A stretch of DNA of 64,000 nt from a virus (taxonomy: Duplodnaviria > Caudoviricetes): IMG/VR virus record IMGVR_UViG_3300028591_000100, positions 90,704-154,703 of that record; one strand, written 5' to 3'. This document shows, piece after piece, positions 21,601 to 30,764 of the stretch; the stretch's first letter is position 1; each line of letters begins with the position of its first letter. The notes under the pieces are model-generated. The model was given only the letters and a program-made list of their open reading frames with translations, ran no database searches and had not been told where the DNA came from. The position numbers and the translations under genes are program-made.

Positions 21601-24600
21601 TTATAAACCTTACCTAAATAAGGAATTAAATTATCCTTACTAGACATATAACCAGGAATACGTTGCCACTGTTGTGTCATCTTAGTTCCTAAATTAACAC
21701 CATCATGCTTTTTCACCATATTTCGGAAAGAGCCTTCATAATTACCCATTATAATGGCGTTAAGCATTTCAAAACTTATTTGATTATAATATTCTTGATT
21801 ACCTGCTTGGACAGCATTAATTTGAGCAATATCGTTTTCAATTCGTTTAACTTCGTCAGACTCCTCGCCATATTGCTTTATTAATTTTTCTTTAGCATTT
21901 ACTGCTACTTTATGTAGTTCCTCAAGTAGCTTTTTATCTTTCTTGGTAACTTCACCCAATGCTTCCAAAGCTGCCCCTTCGAACATCTTATCTTTATCGA
22001 ATACACCAAGTTCCACCCCTTGTTGTAGGAAAGCACGGAAGATTCGTTCATCATTCCATGTCCCCGCAGAGGTAGACATACCCATGGTACTCAACATTTG
22101 ACTAAAAATTCTGTCTGCTTCTTCATCTAAAGGAAGAAGTTCTCCGTTTTCTCCTCTTTTTAAGTTTTTAATGTTAATACCTTTTTGATATAGAGTTTGG
22201 AAAATTGCTCCAAAAGCACGACCGCCTAAAGCTCCTATGTCTTTACGCTGTCTACCTTCTGTGCCTAAGACTTCTCCAATAATATCCTCTGCAATAAATT
22301 TAGCATTTCCGTAACGTCCTGCACCTTCTTTACCAAGCCAAGACGCTGCTACAGTAATCCGTTTTTCTTCTTTGTCTGTAACACTATTAGCTTTAGTAAT
22401 GTCTGCTGCGGTAGTAATATTATCTAGTGCGCCTTCTTTCCCTTTTAGTTCGGGATGTTCTTCTAAAATATGTGCCTTAATGTCGTTTAAGGTTTTTTCA
22501 TCTTTTTTAGCTTCATCTTCTTGAATCTTTTTTTGATACTCTTGTTGATGTGTGAAATATGAATTTAATGCCTCTCCTGCTGTCTGAAAATCTCCAGCGT
22601 TAAGGGCGCTAAATAGGGTAATCAAGTCACCGTCCATATCACCTTTTCCAATAGCGGCGTAATGTTTGTTGATAAGTAAACGACCACGGGCAACTAATTT
22701 TCCATTACTAGATGCTACTACACCGCCACCAAGTAAGTCGTTGATAAAATTAATTGTAGGGTTTCTATTAGACCAAAGGTTGTTAAGAATAGTTCCGTCC
22801 CAAGCTCGCTTGCCGTCTTTTGTTCGTCTAGAAATATCAACCTTGTTTACTATAGATTTAACAATCTGACTATTTGTTTTTTTCCCTGCCCCACGATTAA
22901 AAAGAGCACTATAAAGACCTAAAACACTATCTCTATTCTCTTTTAATTCTTGGAACAATAGATCGCTTAAATCTTCTGTTGACATAATTCTTGAAACATT
23001 ACCTAAATTAGCATCCTTTTTACCAAGAATCTCCTCTAATACTTCTTGAGAATCTTCGGTCATACCTTGTAATAAAAGATAACCAGAACCCTGTCCACTT
23101 TCAATGGTATGATATTTATCGAAAGTTTTACCAGTAGCTATCTCTTTACCATAGCTACTAAGTTCTTCAATAAGATTTCTAATGAAAAATTCTTCAGCTT
23201 TATCCCCACCAAAAGCTGCACCGTTTTCAGGATGAAAATAGTCATTAGCGCTACGTAATATTCTAGTTGCATACTTTAATCCTTCATCTGGTCGATATGT
23301 ATTTTTATCTCCTTGATCATATTCTCCCAGTGGCAAAGTAATCATTCTAGTATTATATAGCTGTCCGTTAACCATGGCAGCCACAGTCTTGTCACCTAAA
23401 TCTAATCCAAAAGTTTTTAAATCTTCTACTTTTGTAATAGCATTAAGTTGCCGTTGTTGTTCTTTGGTAAGTTTAGACCATGCCTCTTTATCTTCTTTAA
23501 GTTCCTGAATTTGTTTAAAACGTGCCTCACGTTTTCTTTGCAAATAAGGTCCTACTAAATTAGACGCTCTAACGTCGCCATTATCAACTAATATTCCACC
23601 TTGTTCATCATAATCAAGGTTATAATCCATTTCTAATAAATCATCTAATGTTAACTTAACAACAGACGCATCTGCACGCATGCTTTCTTGGAAACGTTCT
23701 GCATCTTTTGAAAAAGTTTTTTCAATATACTGTGCATTCTTAACGTACTTATCATATTCTTTTTTTCTGTCTGCCATTTGGTCACGCACGCCGTTTACAT
23801 AATCTCGGATAGGTTTTATGGCCATATCATAATCTTTTTTCGGATCTGCGTTACCACTTGTATAACCATTTTCTAATAAATATCGACTAACATCGCCTAA
23901 GGTTGCTTCTAAAGACCTTAACTCATTAACCCCGATTTTTGCGACAGATTTACTACCTTGACCTAAGTTCATCCACTCAGGAGAAGAGCTTAAACCCAAT
24001 TCTTCTGCAAAAATCATTGGATTTTCAGTAGTAATATAGGTTTTTCCCCCTACCTCATGTTTACCAAAATAGGTTTTCTTAGGATCGTAAATATTGGCTG
24101 CTTGACCTACTCTTACTGCTGCGAAAAGCATGTTAGTAGCGAACTCTTTATCCGCCTCTTTTTTTTCTGCTAAACGTTCTTCCAATGCTTTATTATCAGT
24201 AAGAAACATACCCGTTTCAGGGTCAATCGAAAAGATACTGTCTTCCTTTCCAAAAAACTGTTTAAAAAATTCATCATTTTTATAGTAGTTGGCAATATCT
24301 TTACCACTTTTTTTCTGCACGTCTCTTAACTGAGAGTTTACGTGCGTAAGAATTTGCATAATACGAGATCTAATATTTTTGTTTGTTATAGGAGCATTTT
24401 CAATAAAATTTTGAGCTCTTAAACCCCCGCCATTTTGCAATTTTTGTTTAGCGTCTCTAAAAATTTCTTCTTCACTATAACCTTCTTCTAGCATGGCTGC
24501 GGCCATTAAAAGGTTAGTAGATACAGATTTAGTTGTACGCTCATCCGCTGTTAAGCCAGCACGAAAGACTGATGTACTATTATGTCTTTGTCTGGTTGCC

Positions 24601-26357
24601 ACTAGGTTTGAAAGATTCTCACCAGATTTTCCAGTATAATCATAATCAATTGAATAAGTATTGTCTAATTCATAAACTTTTCGAATATATCGTTGAAATT
24701 TATCAAAAACTTTTTCTTGTTTATAAACATATTTTCCAGAAGCCTCTTTTTCTAAAACATTTAAAGTTTCTTGCGAAAATTTTTCGATATCTTGATTTAA
24801 TTTTTCAATTTTTTTAATATCCGCTTCTTTTGTGCTGTTTTTTATTTTTTCTAATTGTCTCTTTTTGGACTCTAGAATTGCCTCTCTTACATAGGTATTA
24901 ACTTCATCAAACTTAATAGTCCTTCCTGTTAAATGTTTAGGGTCTTTTATATCTCTAATATCATGGGCTAGCTCTGGTCCCATAAAAGAAGCATCAGCTC
25001 CAAAGCCTTTAAGAGACATTTCTAAAGATTTATGGTACTGTTTTTTAAAAGCTTTTACATCTAAACCAAATTTTTGTTTGATTTCTTCTGCCCCTGATGC
25101 AGTATCTGCAATCTTATATAAACGTTTAAGAGTTTCTCTACCTTTATTAAGACTTTTTTTACTTAAGGTCGCTGTCGTATAGATATCTTTATACAAATCT
25201 GTATCTGAATAAATCCCTTCTGAAATACCTTGCTGTAACATTCTAAGTTGTTCTTTAGACATTACAGAGGTCATACCTGTTGCAGCTCTTGGTTTACCTT
25301 TTAGATAGGTATTTTTTTGACGTAAAACTTGCGCGTTTTGTTTTAATTTTTTACCTTGAGCCCGCAAAGGAGCTAGTGCTGCCTCAACATCTGTAACACC
25401 AAATTTTCCAACAGTACCTTCTGTCATACCTGCCTGAGACATTTTCCCAGCAAATGAACTGAAGACATTCTCAAAATCACCTTTCCAGATGTTTCTATAA
25501 ATCCATCCATAATGACTCTTTACATAATTACTGATTTGTTGCGGTGTTTTAAAACCACGCGCAGCGTTCATAATTTTTTCAACATCTCTAGTAAACTGTT
25601 CAACAGTAGGAGCTCCTGCTTTCCCTTTATTGGCATTATATAATTGTCTTTGATATTGGGCTGTTAAAATATGACCCATCATAGCCCACAAAGCTTCAGG
25701 TCTCAAATTATTTATAGACTTATCATTTAATTCTTCATATTCATTAATTTGATGAGTGCTATATACACCCGTAGTTAGTTGCTTTACAGAAGCCATTGAG
25801 TTATTAACTTTTCTTTTTAAATACCTTAACCCCTCTTTGGTATTTTGCTGTATTTTTTGTCGAATAAGACGATCATTTTCTTTCCAATCCTCTAGCACTT
25901 GAGCAACGCCTGTACTTAATGCACTCGCTAAGCCAACCTCTCCGTTCATACCTCTAACTAAAAGAGGACTATTAGGATTTAACATACCGTCTTTTAAAGT
26001 ATAATTTCCATCTCTTCCTGTTCGAGATATTTCAAGAAACGGACAATCATCATCTGATATATCTCGAGCTTCTTGACCTCTTGGTCTGAACACTATTTTA
26101 GTTCCCCGACCATTAGGTAGTCGTCTAAACTCAGGGTAAAGACCATAATTAGCAGCCGCCCAAGAAGAAACCCGACGTAGCTCTTGCTCTAAATTATGAA
26201 TAGCTTTTCCTCGTTCAACCTCTTTATCAAATCCAAGCTTTTTCATCATGTTTAAGTTGTCGTGTGCTAAGGCGTTTTGACCCAAAGCATCCTTTAACCA
26301 ACTATCTAAATCATAGAAAACATCAACTTGTTTATTATTATTTTGATTATTTGCCAT
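18691..26357 (-). CDS. Tape measure protein, exon 1, with putative two-barrel RNA polymerase and PD-(D/E)XK nuclease-like domains
   Basis: C-terminal part is a classic TMP domain (LDQAMTNLRIVTG...LGATTIEV...WLRQGY). NRNPT...GDMDGD near aa 1197-1244. G-x3-H...E...D...DLK...Q-x3-Y near aa 1690-1850. The unspliced ORF reads on to a stop at 18663. Confidence 0.8.
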
Positions 26358-26371
26358 ATAGCTGCTACCTC

Positions 26372-26791
26372 CTATTCTATTCCATCTTTAATAGTGTCTA
26401 TAAATGAACAGAAATCATATAATGTATCCATATTATATGCTCCAGCGTAAAAGCCTTTTCCTTTATAGATTACAAAATCTTGTTGCCCATAATCATCATT
26501 ATATACAGGGATTTTTTCTCCTCTATACACCAACCATTGATATGGGTAGTAATAATTATTAAACTCGTCCACATAGATAAGCTGTTCTGATTCTTTTTTT
26601 GACATTTGCTCTGTTTCAGGTGTAAAGTTACAATGTAACTTCATAAATTGAAGCCATTTATACATTGCTTTCTTATACCCTCTCCAATATTCCTCAGTTT
26701 TCTTATAAAAAGATAGGCACTCAGGACTAAGCATTCTATTGGCATAATTGATCTCGCTCTCATATTTTTCTAAAACTTTTGTAAATTCCAT
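26372..26791 (-). CDS. Hypothetical protein
   Basis: 139-aa ORF with AGGAGG RBS. Confidence 0.6.
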   Translation of the reverse strand: MEFTKVLEKYESEINYANRMLSPECLSFYKKTEEYWRGYKKAMYKWLQFMKLHCNFTPETEQMSKKESEQLIYVDEFNNYYYPYQWLVYRGEKIPVYNDDYGQQDFVIYKGKGFYAGAYNMDTLYDFCSFIDTIKDGIE

Positions 26792-26966
26792 AATATACCT
26801 CCTATGTTTTTATAAAAAAATTATGAAAATCCCCCAGCACCTTTATGGGTACTGGGGGAGCCTATGTCAATTTAGGCAATAAAAAAGCGAAAGCTGTTCG
26901 CCTCCGTCCTTCTTATTTAAACCTTTTATTTCCTTTTACTCCGCCTCAGTTATTTCCTACTATATA

Positions 26967-27293
26967 TTAAAATATAAATGGAAGCGCTGAAAGTGCCATC
27001 ATAACTAAATCTTTTTGGCAATCTAAATACTCTTGTGAGTTTAAAAATTGCCTTATATCCATTGTTTTGTGTATACCTTGATACTTTTCTAAGAACTTAC
27101 GTAAAAGCTCGTCTGCGGCCTGTTTTTGGGCCTCTACTTGCTTATAAGCCTCTTTTACTTTCTCAAAATCTTTTTTTCTTTCTAAATCTTTTTTGTTTTG
27201 CAACTCAAGCTTATCATTATAAGCCTTTTCTGCTTCTAATAAATCCTTTTCTGTTTCATAAATCTTTTTTGTTAAATCTGAATAATATTTCAT
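26967..27293 (-). CDS. Hypothetical coiled-coil protein
   Basis: 108 aa, RBS, Lys/Glu-rich. Confidence 0.6.
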   Translation of the reverse strand: MKYYSDLTKKIYETEKDLLEAEKAYNDKLELQNKKDLERKKDFEKVKEAYKQVEAQKQAADELLRKFLEKYQGIHKTMDIRQFLNSQEYLDCQKDLVMMALSALPFIF

Positions 27294-27402
27294 AATAATA
27301 AACCCTCCTAATTGGTTAAAATTTTCTCGCTAAATAAAAGCCCATTTTTATTTAGCTAATATTATTAATGATTTACTGAGGCTCTACCTCATTAATAAAT
27401 AG

Positions 27403-27474
27403 TCGCAGGAGATGGATTCGAACCACCGATATCAAGGAGGTGACCCTTGTGAGTTACCACTACTCTACCCTGCC
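27403..27474 (-). tRNA. Atypical tRNA with CAC anticodon in an initiator-tRNA-like body
   Basis: Cloverleaf GGCAGGG TA GAGT AGTGGTA ACTC A CAAGG GTCACCT CCTTG ATATC GGTGG TTCGAAT CCATC TCCTGCG A; G1:G72 mismatch; C at position 37; CCA not encoded. Confidence 0.7.
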
Positions 27475-27486
27475 ATGTAAGAAGAG

Positions 27487-27681
27487 CTATAAAAACTCTT
27501 CGTCTTCTAGACTTGAAACCACGATATTTCTAACATTTCCCTTATAATCACTATTAGCACTTCTAATGCGCACATGATCAGGGTTTTCTGGCTCTTTTGA
27601 TAAATCTATTGAAAATACAATAACACCATTATCCTCAATGATATAAGTGTTAGTAAAAATATCTATATAATGTTTTAGCAT
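27487..27681 (-). CDS. Hypothetical protein
   Basis: 64 aa with GGAGG RBS. Confidence 0.55.
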   Translation of the reverse strand: MLKHYIDIFTNTYIIEDNGVIVFSIDLSKEPENPDHVRIRSANSDYKGNVRNIVVSSLEDEEFL

Positions 27682-27699
27682 ACATCCTCCGTATAAGCA

Positions 27700-28348
27700 A
27701 AAAACTTAATACCTTAATTTTATGTATCTGCCAGGTTTTTATTCGCCTTACTTTCTATATAAGTTCTTATTCGCACATAGTGACGATAAGTCTGAGCGAT
27801 AGGGAGCTACCCTAAGGCTTCTTACCGTGGTCTAGCACTAACGGGACTAGTACCCGCACCTTTCACCAAGCTTCAGAATATTTGTTCTTTTACTTTCTTC
27901 TCATGTATTATAAAAAGAATATAGCTACTGCAAATAATAGAGATTTAGCTACTAGGACCTTCTACTCGTCTTATACACATCTTTCAATGCTTCAACTCTA
28001 CCGAGTGCCTTGCACAGCACTCTACGGCTTATTGGTAATTTCCAAGGTCTGACCGCGGCACCACCCGCTCGGCGCCCTAACTTGGATTGTTCTCCACAGG
28101 AGCGTCTATTACGCCGTCGACAAGAAAGGTTGCTTAAGAATAATTATATAAATCACACAACACTCCAGCGGAATGGGATTTCCCCTTGTGGACTTCAAAG
28201 TCGCCAATGAAGCCTCGACAGCAGTTGCCCAAGTATCCTTAGGTACTTACCGCTCCACATATAGCCTTCTTGGGAGTGTTTCTCAGCAGGAACGCAATTC
28301 CTCATGCACTGAGTTGACATATACATAAAATTAAGATATTAAGTTTTT
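27700..28348 (-). ncRNA. Large structured ncRNA of about 650 nt, ROOL/GOLLD-like candidate
   Basis: 28-bp terminal stem (27700-27727 with 28321-28348, one G-U); own promoter; elevated GC; no minus-strand ORF; next to tRNAs. Family assignment rests on size and context only. Confidence 0.65.
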
Positions 28349-28356
28349 ACAATTAT

Positions 28357-28384
28357 ATTATAACAGAATTATTTTAATAGTCAA
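28357..28384 (-). promoter_or_regulatory. SigmaA-type promoter for the 650-nt RNA
   Basis: TTGACT-N16-TATAAT with extended -10 TG. Confidence 0.75.
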
Positions 28385-28391
28385 GAAAAAG

Positions 28392-28814
28392 TTATTTTTT
28401 ATTATAAACTTTATTTCCCCATCGAGTTGCCTGACCTTCAAACCAAATTGAATCATACTCAGTTGGAGGTGTTACTCCCTTACGATAGTATTTTAACTCA
28501 CGATACCAATAGCGCACAGCACTTGGTATACAAACTACAAACGGCATCAATGGACCCCATATTAAATTTTGTAAACCATGACCAGCTTCATGATATTTAG
28601 TGGTGTTTTCACCAGCAGCACTTGTTAAGAAAAATGCTCCAAGCTCAACTCCACCCCAATTCTTGCCAACTACAAAATATACATTTGGGCCCAAATGTTT
28701 AGGTTTGTGACCTGTAACTAATAAACCTAGAGCTGCAACAGCTCCAATAAAAGTCATAATTCCACCCCATGTAAGTGAAATCAACCAATATGGTACATAA
28801 AGAATTTTTTTCAT
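28392..28814 (-). CDS. Membrane protein with HExxH motif
   Basis: Hydrophobic segments and YHEAGHG. Confidence 0.55.
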   Translation of the reverse strand: MKKILYVPYWLISLTWGGIMTFIGAVAALGLLVTGHKPKHLGPNVYFVVGKNWGGVELGAFFLTSAAGENTTKYHEAGHGLQNLIWGPLMPFVVCIPSAVRYWYRELKYYRKGVTPPTEYDSIWFEGQATRWGNKVYNKK

Positions 28815-28835
28815 TATATCCTCTCCTAAATTAAA

Positions 28836-29123
28836 TTAATTACGTTCATCGTAAAGAGAAATTAGTTTATTAATAAATCTTTCAAAATTTGGAGCAGAAT
28901 AATTTTCATTTTCTCCAACAATTTGAACTGTAATTGTTGTAGTTAAATCATAACGTAAACTAATTAAACCTAACATTGATTTAGCGTTTACATATTGATG
29001 ATCATCAATCTTCATATTTACATCATCAGATGTATATGAATTAGCCCTTTCTACAACAGAAGCTGCAAAACCTAAATTACTGATTTGAACCCCTTGCGGA
29101 ACTTTTACTGTAAATTCTCTCAT
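28836..29123 (-). CDS. HPr-family protein lacking His15 (Crh-like)
   Basis: VNAKSMLGLISL matches the HPr Ser46 signature; the GLHARP region is replaced by NLGFAA; likely start MREF at 29123 after an AGGAG RBS. Confidence 0.7.
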   Translation of the reverse strand: MREFTVKVPQGVQISNLGFAASVVERANSYTSDDVNMKIDDHQYVNAKSMLGLISLRYDLTTTITVQIVGENENYSAPNFERFINKLISLYDERN

Positions 29124-29193
29124 ATAATATCTCTCCTTTTGTTGTCGGTAGGCGTCAAACATTGTTTGCTAATTAGAAGGATACTACCAATCC

Positions 29194-29418
29194 TTAATGG
29201 AAGACTTCCTCCCACCAATAAGCCGCGCCATTTCTTCTAAATAAAAAATGTCTGTGGCTATAAAATGAAATAATCTCTATTGTAAATTCATTAATTGGTG
29301 GAATAATATCATCTTGAACAACTTTTACATCTATCTGTGAGTTATTGTATATATAAAGAAAAACATCACCATCACCAATGTCTACAAAGAGAGTGTCGGA
29401 TAATTGAATTGTTCTCAT
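29194..29418 (-). CDS. Hypothetical protein
   Basis: 74 aa with GAGGTG RBS. Confidence 0.5.
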   Translation of the reverse strand: MRTIQLSDTLFVDIGDGDVFLYIYNNSQIDVKVVQDDIIPPINEFTIEIISFYSHRHFLFRRNGAAYWWEEVFH

Positions 29419-29452
29419 AAAAACACCTCTATTTTAAATTATCCTTTTACCT

Positions 29453-29686
29453 CTACATAGACTCGTGAATAGTTCTTCTTATAACTTCATCTTGTTGTTC
29501 CTTTGTTAATTTTATAAAATTAATCCGATAACCACTAACCCTAATGGTTAATTGAGGGTATTTTTCAGGATGCTGTTGAGCATCTAATAATAGCTCTCGG
29601 TTAAATATATTAACATTAACATGGTAACCATCATGCTCAAAATATGTATCTAATAACGTTACTAGATTATCTACTCTTTCACTCAC
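29453..29686 (-). CDS. grcA: Autonomous glycyl radical cofactor (GrcA-like, PFL C-terminal domain)
   Basis: HVNVN...[21 protein letters not shown]...EQQDEVI-RT. Confidence 0.85.
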   Translation of the reverse strand: MSERVDNLVTLLDTYFEHDGYHVNVNIFNRELLLDAQQHPEKYPQLTIRVSGYRINFIKLTKEQQDEVIRRTIHESM

Positions 29687-29710
29687 AAAATTCCCCTCCT
29701 AAAAATAAAA

Positions 29711-29786
29711 TGGTGCTAAAGATAGGATTCGAACCTATGACCTCTTCCTTACCATGGAATTGCTCTACCAACTGAGCTACTTCAGC
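29711..29786 (-). tRNA. tRNA-Thr(GGU)
   Basis: Cloverleaf, anticodon loop ATGGTAA, TTCGAAT T-loop, encoded CCA. Confidence 0.92.
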
Positions 29787-29790
29787 AAAA

Positions 29791-29864
29791 TGGAGCACGT
29801 GACGAGAATCGAACTCGCGTATGCACCTTGGGAAGGTGCCGTTCTACCATTAAACTACACATGC
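29791..29864 (-). tRNA. tRNA-Gly(CCC)
   Basis: GCACC-TTCCCAA-GGTGC anticodon arm, U73, encoded CCA. Confidence 0.92.
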
Positions 29865-29882
29865 AAAAAAACAAATTTCGCA

Positions 29883-29963
29883 TTAACGAAAATCATTTAT
29901 ATTAGTATTTGTTAAAATAAAAATATCTGCAATTCTCATTAATGCTCTCATAATTTTTTTCAT
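29883..29963 (-). CDS. Putative 26-aa peptide MKKIMRALMRIADIFILTNTNINDFR
   Basis: Strong GGAGGGG RBS; below ORF-track cutoff. Confidence 0.35.
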   Translation of the reverse strand: MKKIMRALMRIADIFILTNTNINDFR

Positions 29964-30028
29964 TTTCTCCCCTCCCTGTTTTAGTAGGTTTTAACGTCTT
30001 TGTCTTGACGAAGGGAGGGGAAAATAAA

Positions 30029-30658
30029 TTATAATACTTTATTGTCTTTTAACCAAGGAATAGCATCTGATTTTATAATCCATGATAGACCGAAGAAAAA
30101 CAAGGCTATAGCCTCAATTATCCAGGTTAAATTATAACAATTAAAGCCTGGAATATATTGTAGTAAGAATAATAGGAATGAACCTATCATACCAATACCG
30201 CACACCCTATAGATAATATTCTTAATCTTTTTTTGTTGTGTCATTTGTCCATTTGTCTTAGTGAATAAGAAAAAAGACATGAAAGCTAATGTTCCAAAGA
30301 ACACTACTGCACTAATGCAGTGGAATATATTGCTAATATCTGACCTTAAATGTAAAATACCTGTTGCGATACTTGGATCAGGTAAATATGTCATGGGAAA
30401 TAAACAAATTCCAATACCAAAAATACCCGCGATTGTTGCTGTGATATCGTCGGTTTTATTATACCCCTTATAATTAATTAATAAAATACCTGCGCTGCCT
30501 AGAACAACCATAAAAGTTCCAACAGCAAACAATGAATAATAAGTGATAGAAATTGATTGAGGCCAAGATAATGTGATCAAAGCTACCAACCATGGTAGTA
30601 GCATACCTAAGATTCCTATCATAATTCTCATTCTTTTTGTATTAACTGTAACATTCAT
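30029..30658 (-). CDS. Multi-pass membrane protein (DUF998-like)
   Basis: About six hydrophobic helices; SISITYY, H-x2-SA and WIIE motifs. Confidence 0.55.
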   Translation of the reverse strand: MNVTVNTKRMRIMIGILGMLLPWLVALITLSWPQSISITYYSLFAVGTFMVVLGSAGILLINYKGYNKTDDITATIAGIFGIGICLFPMTYLPDPSIATGILHLRSDISNIFHCISAVVFFGTLAFMSFFLFTKTNGQMTQQKKIKNIIYRVCGIGMIGSFLLFLLQYIPGFNCYNLTWIIEAIALFFFGLSWIIKSDAIPWLKDNKVL

Positions 30659-30688
30659 ATAAACTTACACTCCTTTTACAAAATCATA

Positions 30689-30763
30689 TGGCAGAGGTGC
30701 TAAGACTTGAACTCAAACTAAAGGTTTTGGAGACCTCCGTGCTACCATTGACACTACACCCCT
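30689..30763 (-). tRNA. tRNA-Trp(CCA)
   Basis: GAGGT-CTCCAAA-ACCTT anticodon arm, G73, encoded CCA. Confidence 0.9.
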
Positions 30764-30764
30764 A

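Noticed and set aside
27403-27474. UCA (opal suppressor/Sec) anticodon reading of the loop
   Set aside because: The stem register CAAGG/CCTTG puts U at position 33 and CAC at 34-36; there is no long variable arm.
28010-28210. 66-aa plus-strand ORF
   Set aside because: TTG start, no RBS, antisense to the promoter-driven structured RNA.
29690-30690. Theta/HDV-like ribozymes at tRNA 3' ends
   Set aside because: Sequences following the tRNAs are short AT-rich spacers or RBSs with no nested pseudoknot pattern.
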